Positions 8,382 through 17,929 of a stretch of DNA of 36,061 nucleotides are shown piece by piece. Position numbers and translations under genes: made by a program. Source of the stretch: Candidatus Caldarchaeales archaeon (GTDB taxonomy: Archaea; Thermoproteota; Nitrososphaeria_A; Caldarchaeales; Wolframiiraptoraceae); NCBI GenBank assembly GCA_039630055.1, contig JBCNVN010000003.1, positions 56,068 through 92,128 of the forward strand, in the 5' to 3' direction. The notes below the pieces were generated by a model. The model did not search any database. It was given only the letters and a program-made list of their open reading frames with translations, and was not told where the DNA came from. How positions within the stretch are numbered: the stretch's first letter is position 1; the number at the start of each line of letters is the position of its first letter.

Positions 8382-9797
8382 CTAGCATGGTATATCTCTT
8401 GTAGCACATCTTGGGCCACCTCCACCTGCCTCGATATGTGGTATATCTACCTCGATTAGATCTATTTTTAACTCTTTCTCAAGATAACTATTTACATCTC
8501 TGTTAAAAGAGTCTACAACCAGCTTTCCATTAGATAGGTTAAGTGCATTAATCATCGTTATTGGGCTTCCATCCCTTCTCGGAGGCTCATCGATTAGAAG
8601 ATTAAATTCTTTCACGAAGTCTATAAAACTTTTTAATCTAAGGCTTTTCGATACTCTTTCATACTCTATTATCGAGTAGAAACCTATCCTCGAAGGGTCT
8701 ACCAAGGCTACTCTACCCTCGGCCGTCTCACCTATATAGGCAAAGGCCACATCTAGATGGACTGCTCCAGTTATCCAATCTCTCAAATATCCTGCTAGAG
8801 GAACACCGTAGAATCTTACCTCTCTAGGTAGGATACTATCCAATATACTGAATACTTCTATATCTGATCCTCTTACACCTATACCTGTTATTAATGCTGC
8901 TTCATCATCTCCACCGAGCATGAAGAAGTTTCCACCTTCTATGCTCACCCTCTTCAACCCTATCCTATTTTCCACCCACTTAAATCGTAGAAGAGGTATC
9001 AATCCTAACTTCCAATAGGCTTCGGTTATCACATCTTCTTCGCCTCTTCTGAATGATAGAGCCATGTTAGATATTATTGGTCTACTGAACCATCGGAGAC
9101 TGGAATCTCTCGGATAACCTATTTTACATAAGCCTTGACCTAGGTCGAGATATAAGATCTCTCCTTTCGAGAAGGGCAGTTTACTCTCCAGAAGTTTATC
9201 TGCCAATATGATTATCTTAACACCCTCCCCTCTTAGTGCATCTGCAAGAGTAACTATATCTCTAATCCATCCGTCGGCTTTAGGGGTATCTACACCTTTT
9301 ATAGTCTTTTCTCTCCATGCATATTTTCTCCATTTACCGAGAACGATATCCAGCTGTCTCTGTGAGGGTATTATCAACAAGATCTTTTCTTTCCGAAAAT
9401 CTTCAAAGAATAGATCCTCAAATCTTAGATTATCTATAACATTCGAGTATTCATGCCGCAGGTTACGTCCAAATCTTCTTATTATCTCTAGACCTTCATC
9501 GCTTCTCGATACAATATCCACATCTGAAAACATACTTCTCGGTATGAGAGAGACTACAAGGTCTACAGCTGAGAAGATCTCCACCCCATTATTCCCCAGC
9601 CTCTTTTCGATAATATCTAATGGAATATACTCTATTGGTCTCTGAGGCGGTGATTCCTCGTTAAAGCCTCTGACATGCTTAGTATAGTTGTCTACTGTTT
9701 CGATAGGTGGGTTGAGAACTAGCTCAAAAGCTTTCTTTAATTTATCTTCATCTAGATCTTCGACGAGTTTGAATCTTTCTTTAAAATCTATCTTCAA
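8382..9797 (-). CDS. Arginine deiminase/amidinotransferase (pentein) superfamily enzyme
   Basis: YPRD, IEGGN, HLD and C-terminal GGGGPRCAT (catalytic Cys) correspond to ADI/DDAH motifs F(T)RD, EGGD, HLD, GGxRC; long divergent N-terminal region. Confidence 0.8.
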   Translation of the reverse strand: MKIDFKERFKLVEDLDEDKLKKAFELVLNPPIETVDNYTKHVRGFNEESPPQRPIEYIPLDIIEKRLGNNGVEIFSAVDLVVSLIPRSMFSDVDIVSRSDEGLEIIRRFGRNLRHEYSNVIDNLRFEDLFFEDFRKEKILLIIPSQRQLDIVLGKWRKYAWREKTIKGVDTPKADGWIRDIVTLADALRGEGVKIIILADKLLESKLPFSKGEILYLDLGQGLCKIGYPRDSSLRWFSRPIISNMALSFRRGEEDVITEAYWKLGLIPLLRFKWVENRIGLKRVSIEGGNFFMLGGDDEAALITGIGVRGSDIEVFSILDSILPREVRFYGVPLAGYLRDWITGAVHLDVAFAYIGETAEGRVALVDPSRIGFYSIIEYERVSKSLRLKSFIDFVKEFNLLIDEPPRRDGSPITMINALNLSNGKLVVDSFNRDVNSYLEKELKIDLIEVDIPHIEAGGGGPRCATRDIPC

Positions 9798-9968
9798 TAG
9801 AGATCACTATGTTAATGTTTGATTAAGGAAAAAACTTTATGTCGATATAATCTTACATGCTTAGAATCTTTGAGGTTTATTCGAGAGCCTTAGACATATG
9901 GGATGATTTTATTCAGTTAAAGCTATATACTACAAAAGATAAATATATCGCCTTAAAGAAACGTTAAT

Positions 9969-11144
9969 ATGATGGTTGGTAGAAGGGATGTTTTAAAGAT
10001 AGCGGTTGCTGGGGTACTCGGCGCAGCCGTCGGAGGAGCAGCAGGTTATTTTCAGGGTAGGGCAGAGGTTGAAGGTCTGAGGAGAGAAGTTGAAGACCTT
10101 TCAAAACAGATCGGAGAACTCAAGGTTAGACTCGAGCCGAATCTAAACATATACAACTGGACATACTATATCAATAGAAACATAGTTGATCAGTGGGCTG
10201 AGGAGAATAGGATAAACTTAGTCTATGATACATTCGAGTCAATTGATGAGGTTGTTGCAAAACTATCCACTGGTGCTAGTGGATATGACTTAGCCATGCT
10301 ATCCGATTCCGAAGTATTAGAGATCTCCTCATTAAACTTGCTTGAACCAATAAACTTGAAAAAGATCCCTAATTTTAAGTATATACCTGAAAGATTCAAG
10401 AAACCATACTATGATCCTGAGAACAAGTATAGTGTATTGTATAGTTATGGAACAACTGGAATAGGATGGAATAATATGGAGGTTTCTCCAGAGGTGACCA
10501 TGTGGGCTGATATATTTGAAGTTGATAGACATCTGGGAAAATATCAGAAAAAGATAACAATGATGAATGATACGGATGAAACATATGGTGCTGTCTTGAT
10601 ATATCTAGGAAGAGACCCTAACAGTAGTAAAGATGAAGATCTCAGAGAGGCAATAGAAGTATTAAAAAGACAGAAACCTTATCTTGCAGGTTATGCGTCA
10701 ACTGAAGAGTATATGGATGGGTTGGAGGCTGGTAGGTTCTGGATAAGCCATGCATTTAATGGAGATATAGCAGGGATAATGTATGCATCCGATGAAAGAG
10801 AGATAATAATATCGAAGCAAGTAGAGCATATCTCGTATACAGTTCCTGAAGAAGGTGCTCTAGCATGGACAGACAACTTCGTCATTCCTAAAGGTGCAAA
10901 GAATATTGAGGCTGCTCACGCTTTCATAAACTTCATTCTAGACCCGGCGGTATCGGCTATCTGTACGATTACAGTTAAGTATCCATTTCCAGCAGGTAGA
11001 GACTATGTTCCCGAGGAGATACGTAACGATCCAGTCGTATTCACACCTGAAGAACAGCTGGATAAACTCTACTGGGGTAGGCCTTTTACACCAGAGGAGC
11101 GGGCTAAGAGAGCAGAGTATTGGCTTGAACTCATGGCGGCTTAA
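9969..11144 (+). CDS. potD: Spermidine/putrescine ABC transporter substrate-binding protein with twin-arginine signal
   Basis: GRRDVLK Tat-like motif and hydrophobic stretch; LNIYNWxxYI, GYDL, GTTGI, PEEGALAWTDNFVIPKGAKN, FINF are PotD/PotF-like. Confidence 0.88.
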   Translation: MMVGRRDVLKIAVAGVLGAAVGGAAGYFQGRAEVEGLRREVEDLSKQIGELKVRLEPNLNIYNWTYYINRNIVDQWAEENRINLVYDTFESIDEVVAKLSTGASGYDLAMLSDSEVLEISSLNLLEPINLKKIPNFKYIPERFKKPYYDPENKYSVLYSYGTTGIGWNNMEVSPEVTMWADIFEVDRHLGKYQKKITMMNDTDETYGAVLIYLGRDPNSSKDEDLREAIEVLKRQKPYLAGYASTEEYMDGLEAGRFWISHAFNGDIAGIMYASDEREIIISKQVEHISYTVPEEGALAWTDNFVIPKGAKNIEAAHAFINFILDPAVSAICTITVKYPFPAGRDYVPEEIRNDPVVFTPEEQLDKLYWGRPFTPEERAKRAEYWLELMAA

Positions 11145-11178
11145 GATCTTCTATATTATTACTTGAAGTGGTTAAGAG

Positions 11179-12063
11179 ATGAGCTTTCTCGAACCGCTAA
11201 TAAAAAACATTAGAAAGAGTACAAAGCTTAAAGTCTCTCTACTTCTGGCTCCACCCCTGATCTTTTTAGCTATCTGGTTCTATGCACCCTTCTTTGTACT
11301 AGGTCTATACAGCTTTAACATGGTAGATATAAAGAGACAGATTGTCTTTGCACCTTCACTAGAACACTACTCCAAGATTCTAACATGGTCGGGTGCCGTA
11401 AACATCTATCTCCGCTCTCTGTATTTCGCTGGTCTAACAGTTATATTATGTTTACTTATCGGTTATCCTGCAGCCTACTATATCTCGTTTAAAATGAAGA
11501 AGTATAAAGACTTGTTCATAATACTTTTCATTATACCTTTCTGGGTGAGCTTCCTACTTAGAACTTACGCTATGATGAGTATCCTCGATGAGAGAGGCTT
11601 CATAAATACTATGCTCACCTATCTTGGGATTATAGGCTCACCCCTCAAGATTATGTACACAGATATAGCTGTGATATTGGTTATGGTATACGATTATCTC
11701 GTATTGATGGTCTTGCCATTATATGCAAATCTTGAAAAACTTGATAGAGCATTATTAGAGGCAGCATCTACTCTAGGAGCCAGCCCATTCAGAACATTCA
11801 TTAAAGTAACACTACCTCTCAGTATGCCGGGGATTATGGCCGGGTTCCTACTAGTCTTCATACCTGCTGTCGGAGAGTTCGTTATACCCGAGCTTGTGGG
11901 AGGGCCAAACAACTACATGGTTGGTAACATCATTTACGAGATCTTTATGGGTGCTAGGCACTGGTGGATAGGCTCAGCCTTCTCCATGCTATTTATAGCC
12001 TTCATCCTATCTCTAGTTATAATCTACATTAGAAAGATCGGTGAGGGGGGTTTGGCTATATAG
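11179..12063 (+). CDS. potB: Polyamine ABC transporter permease
   Basis: GYPAAY, IPFWVSFLLR, EAA loop (LLEAASTLGA), TLPLSMPG. Confidence 0.9.
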   Translation: MSFLEPLIKNIRKSTKLKVSLLLAPPLIFLAIWFYAPFFVLGLYSFNMVDIKRQIVFAPSLEHYSKILTWSGAVNIYLRSLYFAGLTVILCLLIGYPAAYYISFKMKKYKDLFIILFIIPFWVSFLLRTYAMMSILDERGFINTMLTYLGIIGSPLKIMYTDIAVILVMVYDYLVLMVLPLYANLEKLDRALLEAASTLGASPFRTFIKVTLPLSMPGIMAGFLLVFIPAVGEFVIPELVGGPNNYMVGNIIYEIFMGARHWWIGSAFSMLFIAFILSLVIIYIRKIGEGGLAI

Positions 12064-12839
12064 TGAGACTTATACCTTTGTTCTTGAAAGTATTCGTCAT
12101 CCTGGTATTCTTATTCCTATACTCTCCAATCGTTGTCATGGTGCTATACTCATTCAACGAGGCAAGATCATTAGGGGTCTTTACGAACTTCTCTTTAAAA
12201 TGGTATGAGAGGGTCTTAGCGAACCCGAGCGTATGGAGCGGACTTTACAACTCTTTCTGGGTTGCAGCTGTAGTAACTATAGTTTCAACGATCCTAGGGT
12301 TGATGATCGCTACGGCTGTTACGAGGTATAATTTTAAGGGTAGAAGCTTTCTAGAAGGTCTTATACTCATACCTATAATTATACCAGAGATAGCTGAAGC
12401 CCTCTCCCTCATGATAATGTATATTTTTCTTAATATCCCGATGGGGCCGATAACGGTTATAATAGGGCATATAGCATTCGATATATCCTATGTGACAGTG
12501 GTGATGAGGGCTAGGATGGTGGGATACAATAGGGCTGTAGAAGAAGCTGCTAGAACTTTGGGAGCGAACGAGCTTCAGACCTTTATCAAGATAACTCTAC
12601 CGATGCTCTACCCTGCCATACTTGCATCAGCTCTACTAGCTTTCACGCTAAGCTTCGATGACTTGATCAAGACACTATTCACTACTGGGCCAGGATTTAG
12701 AACTCTACCCTTAATAGTCTGGACATCTGCGGCCAGGGGAGGGGTCTCACCAGAGCTAAACTCTTTATCCACTTTCGCTCTATCTATATCGTTCTTATTT
12801 GCGATCTTTAGATTGAGGGCAGAGAAGGGGATGAGGTGA
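12063..12839 (+). CDS. potC: Polyamine ABC transporter permease
   Basis: FLYSPI, YSFN, EEAARTLGA, AFTLSFDD, TLPL; overlaps its neighbours (translational coupling). Confidence 0.9.
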   Translation: MRLIPLFLKVFVILVFLFLYSPIVVMVLYSFNEARSLGVFTNFSLKWYERVLANPSVWSGLYNSFWVAAVVTIVSTILGLMIATAVTRYNFKGRSFLEGLILIPIIIPEIAEALSLMIMYIFLNIPMGPITVIIGHIAFDISYVTVVMRARMVGYNRAVEEAARTLGANELQTFIKITLPMLYPAILASALLAFTLSFDDLIKTLFTTGPGFRTLPLIVWTSAARGGVSPELNSLSTFALSISFLFAIFRLRAEKGMR

Positions 12840-13906
12840 TGGCTGAATTATACTCCGTCGAGTTGGAGAACGTTGTCAAAAGATTCGGAAACGTTGTAGC
12901 GGTAGATCATGTTAATATCAAGATAAAGGAGAACGAGTTCTTCTCTCTTCTCGGACCTTCTGGATGTGGAAAGACAACTACTCTGAGAATAGTTGCAGGA
13001 TTAGAAGAGCCAGATGAAGGTGTGGTAAAGCTGCATGGTAGAGATGTTACAGATGTTCCTACACATAAGAGAAATATTGGAATGGTCTTCCAGAATCTAG
13101 CGCTCTTCCCACATATGGATGTATTCGAGAACATTGCTTTCGGATTGAAGATGAAGAAAGTTCAAAAAGAAGAGATAAAGAGAAAAGTGAAGGAGATATT
13201 GGAGATAGTTAAACTTGAAGGCTTGGAGAGGAGGAGGATATCTCAGCTGAGTGGAGGTCAACAGCAGCGTGTAGCTCTCGCTAGAGCACTGGTCATAGAG
13301 CCGAGTGTACTTTTATTAGACGAGCCTCTAGGAGCCTTAGATCTGAAGATAAGACAGCACATGATGGTTGAGTTGAAGAATATTCAGAGACGGGTGGAGA
13401 CAACCTTCATCTACGTTACACATGACCAGACAGAAGCGATGACAATGTCGGATAGAATCGCCATAATGAAAGATGGTAGAATACAGCAGATAGGAACACC
13501 TCTACAGATATACTACGAGCCTTCGAACACTTTCGTAGCATCTTTTATCGGAGAGGCTGTAAATCTTATAGAGGGAGAATTAAAAGAAGATGGAGTTATA
13601 GAGACAGGTCTAGGTCCTATATACTGTCCATTCTCAGAGGCTAGGGGGAGGGCTGCTTTAATGCTTAGACCTGAAGTATTGGAGATAGGTAATAGATTAG
13701 AGGAGCAGGATAACATTCTAAGAGGAGTGGTTCAAGCGACGATCTTCAAAGGACCATACATAGAATACAGAGTAGATGTAGGAGGCACGATATTCATAAT
13801 CCACAAACATGGATTATCTGGTACTGGGAATATTTATTCTGTGGGAAGTCATGTAGAAGTAGGTTGGAAGAAAGACTCATCATTAATAATTCCTCTTGAA
13901 AGGTGA
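12836..13906 (+). CDS. potA: Polyamine ABC transporter ATPase
   Basis: Walker A GPSGCGKT, signature LSGGQQQR, Walker B LLLDEP, H-loop VTHD, C-terminal TOBE-like region. Confidence 0.93.
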   Translation: MMAELYSVELENVVKRFGNVVAVDHVNIKIKENEFFSLLGPSGCGKTTTLRIVAGLEEPDEGVVKLHGRDVTDVPTHKRNIGMVFQNLALFPHMDVFENIAFGLKMKKVQKEEIKRKVKEILEIVKLEGLERRRISQLSGGQQQRVALARALVIEPSVLLLDEPLGALDLKIRQHMMVELKNIQRRVETTFIYVTHDQTEAMTMSDRIAIMKDGRIQQIGTPLQIYYEPSNTFVASFIGEAVNLIEGELKEDGVIETGLGPIYCPFSEARGRAALMLRPEVLEIGNRLEEQDNILRGVVQATIFKGPYIEYRVDVGGTIFIIHKHGLSGTGNIYSVGSHVEVGWKKDSSLIIPLER

Positions 13907-14239
13907 TTATTCCACCACATCTCACCAACTATAAAAGTACTGGTCTTTATCATCTTTTAGAAGTTTATGAGAGAGCTTCTTGAAGAGCTTTATATGAAGA
14001 AGTTCGATCCGCTATATGTCAAGTCTGATATTGACCGATATATTTACCATAAAAAGACTAGAATCAAGACCAACAATAGAGAAAGAGTCAAGATCCAAGT
14101 TAACAATATTTTAAGAGGTTAATGGTATATCATATGGAAAAGATTTGAAAAACTGGGACGGTAGATCTTTTACTGATAAGAGAAAAGATTTTAGTGTTGG
14201 TTAAACCAAAAATGTAATTGTCCTATCTGGTGAAGTTTT

Positions 14240-15394
14240 GTGAGGTTTCTAGTTCTAGGTGGTTCAGGAATCATCGGCTCTACGATCGTTAGAGACCTTC
14301 TAACAGATGAAGAAGTCGAAGAGGTAACTATAGGAGATATAGATGAAGAAAAAAGTAAAAAACTCATCAAGGAGATCGGAGATGGAAGGCTAATTCAAAA
14401 ACGCATCGATGTTAGAGATATTGACAACCTCTCTCAAGAGATGAAGAAATATGATGTAACAATAAACTCCACATGGTATCAATTAAATCTTCATGTTACT
14501 AAGGCTGCTATAATTTCGAGATCAAGATTGATAGACCTGGGAGGGCTTTACCACATGACTCTAAGACAGCTTGAGCTAGATGAGCAAGCAAAGAATGCGA
14601 AGTCATCTATTCTGATTGGATGTGGTGAAGACCCTGGAGTAAGTAATATAATGATAAAGTATGTCGCAGATAAGTTTGATGAAGTTCACTCGATCATTAT
14701 AAGAGATGGTGATAAGGATCTTAAGCCTACAGAGAGACCTATCTTCAAGTTCTCCATCAGGACGATAGTAGATGAATGGACCATGAATGCAGTAGTGTTT
14801 AGAGATGGAAGGTTTGAGGAGGTCCCGCCATTGAGCGGTATCGAGATATTCGAGTTTCCGGAGCCTGTTGGAAGACTATCTGTCGGATATAGTTTACACT
14901 CTGAACTTGCAACGATACCTAGAACCATCAACAAGAAGGTTAGATATGTTGACTTTAAATTGAGTGAGAATTTTGAGTTAGTCAACTCTCTTAGAAGCCT
15001 AGGCCTATTATCTGATGAAACAATAACTCTAGATAATCTTAGAATTACCGGTAAAGAATTAACAATAAAGCTTCTATCAAGGTTCATGGCAGACCCATCA
15101 GTAGAGTTAGAGGATGTAACATGTATACTGATAAGGGTTGATGGGGTTAAGGATGGAGTAGAAACATCATATACTATGTATGCTCTCTCTAATTCTAGAA
15201 AGGATTGGAAGGCTTCAGCCTCCAGCTACATAACAGGCGTACCACCATCCATAGTTGCTAGAATGATGGTGAGAGGTGAAGTTGAGTTTTACGGAGTCCA
15301 GCCACCCGAGTTATGTGTTCCCGCTAACAAGTTCCTCTCAAATCTTAAAGAATATAGGGGAATTATAGTTGGAGAAAAGATAGAGAAGGGTTAA
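14240..15394 (+). CDS. Saccharopine dehydrogenase / carboxy(nor)spermidine dehydrogenase / lysine 6-dehydrogenase family oxidoreductase
   Basis: N-terminal Rossmann LVLGGSGIIG, IDLGG, GCGEDPG (cf. GxGxDPG), HSE(L), GVxPPE near the C-terminus. Confidence 0.82.
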   Translation: MRFLVLGGSGIIGSTIVRDLLTDEEVEEVTIGDIDEEKSKKLIKEIGDGRLIQKRIDVRDIDNLSQEMKKYDVTINSTWYQLNLHVTKAAIISRSRLIDLGGLYHMTLRQLELDEQAKNAKSSILIGCGEDPGVSNIMIKYVADKFDEVHSIIIRDGDKDLKPTERPIFKFSIRTIVDEWTMNAVVFRDGRFEEVPPLSGIEIFEFPEPVGRLSVGYSLHSELATIPRTINKKVRYVDFKLSENFELVNSLRSLGLLSDETITLDNLRITGKELTIKLLSRFMADPSVELEDVTCILIRVDGVKDGVETSYTMYALSNSRKDWKASASSYITGVPPSIVARMMVRGEVEFYGVQPPELCVPANKFLSNLKEYRGIIVGEKIEKG

Positions 15395-15452
15395 GTCGTC
15401 AATATTCTGGAAAACTCTATATATGGGAAGTATCTTTAGAGAGTATGGAGAT

Positions 15453-16790
15453 TTAACTAGTGGAAACTTCTTGGTCAGCGATCTTTAGAGACTCATCTAA
15501 AACTTCGACTCCTTTATCTATATCTTCCTTGCTGGCAATAAGCGGTGGAGCGACTATTAGATTATTTACCCATCCTATGATGAAGACCCCTAGCTCGCTC
15601 GCCTTTGCAGCCACCTTCTCAACCACTATAGGTCTTCCAGCAAGTTTATCCTTAGGCGTATTCATAAACTTCCTTGTCTTCTTATCTCTCGTTAGATCTA
15701 TGGCCCAGAACATTCCTATACCTCTCACCTCTCCTACAGATCGATGATATTCCAGCTCCTTCAATCTTTTACCAAGATAATCGCCGACTTTCTTTACATT
15801 CTCTTGAATATTCAACCTCTTGTACTCATTTATAGTTGCTATTCCAGCCGCTAATGTTACTGGATGGGCTTCGTATGTATGTCCATGAGCAAAAAGGTTT
15901 TCTTCAAAGTATTCTGAGATCTCCCTTGACACACCTGTCACTCCCAATGGTAGATATCCTGATGTAACACCCTTAGCGGTGGTTATGATGTCCGGCTCAA
16001 CCTTCCAGTGGTTTACTGCAAACCATTCTCCCGTCCTAAGCCAACCACTCATTACTTCATCGACTATCAATAATACATTGTGCTCTCTTGTTATCTCTCT
16101 CAGACGTGGTAGATACTCAGGAGGAGGAACCATCACGCCGTTCGACCCAACTACAGGCTCGATTATAACTGCAGATACATCTCCTTCATGTTGAAGCATG
16201 TAATCAATGTACTCGACGCAAGCCAATCCACAATCTGGATATGATAGCTTGAATGGGCATCTATAACAGTAGCATTCTGGGGCGAACTGTGTTCCTGGCA
16301 CCGTATGGTATCCATCTATAGGGATTCTACGTAATTCTCCAGTAACGGAGATGGAGGCCGCTGTAGCTCCATGATAACTCCTATATCTTGAGATGATCTT
16401 ATGCTTCTTATTGTACATTCTAGCTATCTTCAATGCGGCTTCAACAGCTTCTGTTCCAGAAGTAGAATAGAAGAATTTTACTATACTCTTAGGCATGATC
16501 TCCAACAACATTCTACTGAGCTCTGCTCTTACATCACATGTAAAGGCAGGTGTAAGATATTGGAGCTTCTTCATATATTCATAGATAGCATTTATTACAT
16601 TCATGTTACTATGCCCAAGGTTTACACAGATCAATTGGGAGGATAGGTCGAGATACTTCTTACCACTTGAATCTTTAAAGTAACACCCTTCAGCAGACAC
16701 GATGTTTATAGGTTTCCAAGTCTTCTGAACCCTCCAAGTACCGAAAACATGCCTCCGAGTAATCTCTACTGTTTCATCAAATCCAGACAT
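15453..16790 (-). CDS. Class III PLP omega-aminotransferase (beta-alanine/taurine/GABA type)
   Basis: YLDLSSQ, NLGH, SGTEAVEAA, SYHG, DEVMSG, DIITTAKG (PLP Lys), HGHTY, RGIG, APPL. Confidence 0.9.
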   Translation of the reverse strand: MSGFDETVEITRRHVFGTWRVQKTWKPINIVSAEGCYFKDSSGKKYLDLSSQLICVNLGHSNMNVINAIYEYMKKLQYLTPAFTCDVRAELSRMLLEIMPKSIVKFFYSTSGTEAVEAALKIARMYNKKHKIISRYRSYHGATAASISVTGELRRIPIDGYHTVPGTQFAPECYCYRCPFKLSYPDCGLACVEYIDYMLQHEGDVSAVIIEPVVGSNGVMVPPPEYLPRLREITREHNVLLIVDEVMSGWLRTGEWFAVNHWKVEPDIITTAKGVTSGYLPLGVTGVSREISEYFEENLFAHGHTYEAHPVTLAAGIATINEYKRLNIQENVKKVGDYLGKRLKELEYHRSVGEVRGIGMFWAIDLTRDKKTRKFMNTPKDKLAGRPIVVEKVAAKASELGVFIIGWVNNLIVAPPLIASKEDIDKGVEVLDESLKIADQEVSTS

Positions 16791-16884
16791 ATACTTTAAG
16801 TAGTTCTAATACTACTTATATCTTTCCTATGAGTTAAGTTTATTGCATACCTATCCTGGAATACACTGATGAGACTATAAACGA

Positions 16885-17448
16885 GTGTGTAGTAGAGATA
16901 TGGATATAGATAATGTAAGATTGTTTGTTGAGAGGTTAGAAAGTATAGGAGCGATAACATGTATATGCAAAAATATAGAAGAATTAATCCAATATCTCTA
17001 TGACGTAATTGGAGAAGTAAAGACTCCTATACTAGTAGTTGGTTCTAAGACCGATTATCGAGAAGAAATATTAAAAAAATTGAAAGAGCGTTATTTAGAG
17101 ATTCAGAATGTAGAACGAGGTTTAATATATGATGTCTACGCTTCAGAGCTTTCCATAGGTTTCCCTGAACTGGGAATCGCATTTACAGGTACAGTAATCT
17201 ATAGAGCTTCCTCAGGAATAGAAGAGGCCGCACTATTCGCTCCTGAGAAACATATCTCAATAATATCGAAGAGTAAGCTACATTATCAACTAAACGATGT
17301 GGAAGGATTTTTAAGGAATGTACTGGAAAGAGGGGAATCGGTATTCTTTATTACTGGGCCCAGCAGTACAGCAGACATAGAGGGTGAGATAGTCAGAGGA
17401 GTCCATGGTCCTCGAAAATTCTACGTTCTCATCTTAGATAGATATTGA
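16885..17448 (+). CDS. lutC: LUD-domain protein, LutC/YkgG-like
   Basis: C-terminal ITGPSSTADIEGEIVRGVHGP is the LutC signature; true start may be ATG 16900. Confidence 0.8.
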   Translation: MCSRDMDIDNVRLFVERLESIGAITCICKNIEELIQYLYDVIGEVKTPILVVGSKTDYREEILKKLKERYLEIQNVERGLIYDVYASELSIGFPELGIAFTGTVIYRASSGIEEAALFAPEKHISIISKSKLHYQLNDVEGFLRNVLERGESVFFITGPSSTADIEGEIVRGVHGPRKFYVLILDRY

Positions 17449-17929
17449 GACTAGCGAGATAAATTATTACTATAGGTGAAAGTAGGTATTTGCATTCTCT
17501 TCGTCAAAGTGTTTATCATATCTTGTATTATTTGTATCATTAAAACCCTGAATAACTTTCATCCATCCTTCTGTTATACCAGATACCTTTAATGAAGGGG
17601 AAGTTAAAGAGTAGCAAGAACATTTCCTAAAACTACTGTTAAGATTATTGACATGATCATGAATAAAAAATACATCATAATGCTTCATGAATTATTCTCA
17701 TCAATACATGATATAGGCATTTCGAGTTCGCTATCTCTACATCAAAGCTCTTCAATGAATGGACTAGTCATATATCTCAAAATAGAGTTAGACTAATACA
17801 GTTTCTATCTTTAAATTATTTTTACAATATTCTAAATATCTCTTAATGTTAATTCGATAACATCTTTAAAGATATCAATTAAATGATAGATTAAAATACG
17901 CGTAATAAGATTTTTAGATAGATCTGAGC

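Noticed and set aside
6961-9797. Canonical arginine deiminase (arcABC) operon
   Set aside because: No carbamate kinase or ArcD in the window, and both enzymes deviate at substrate-related motifs.
13967-14122. 51-aa plus-strand ORF (MRELLEELYMKK...) between potA and the dehydrogenase
   Set aside because: Short, no motif and no clear ribosome-binding site; cannot be told from chance or a remnant.
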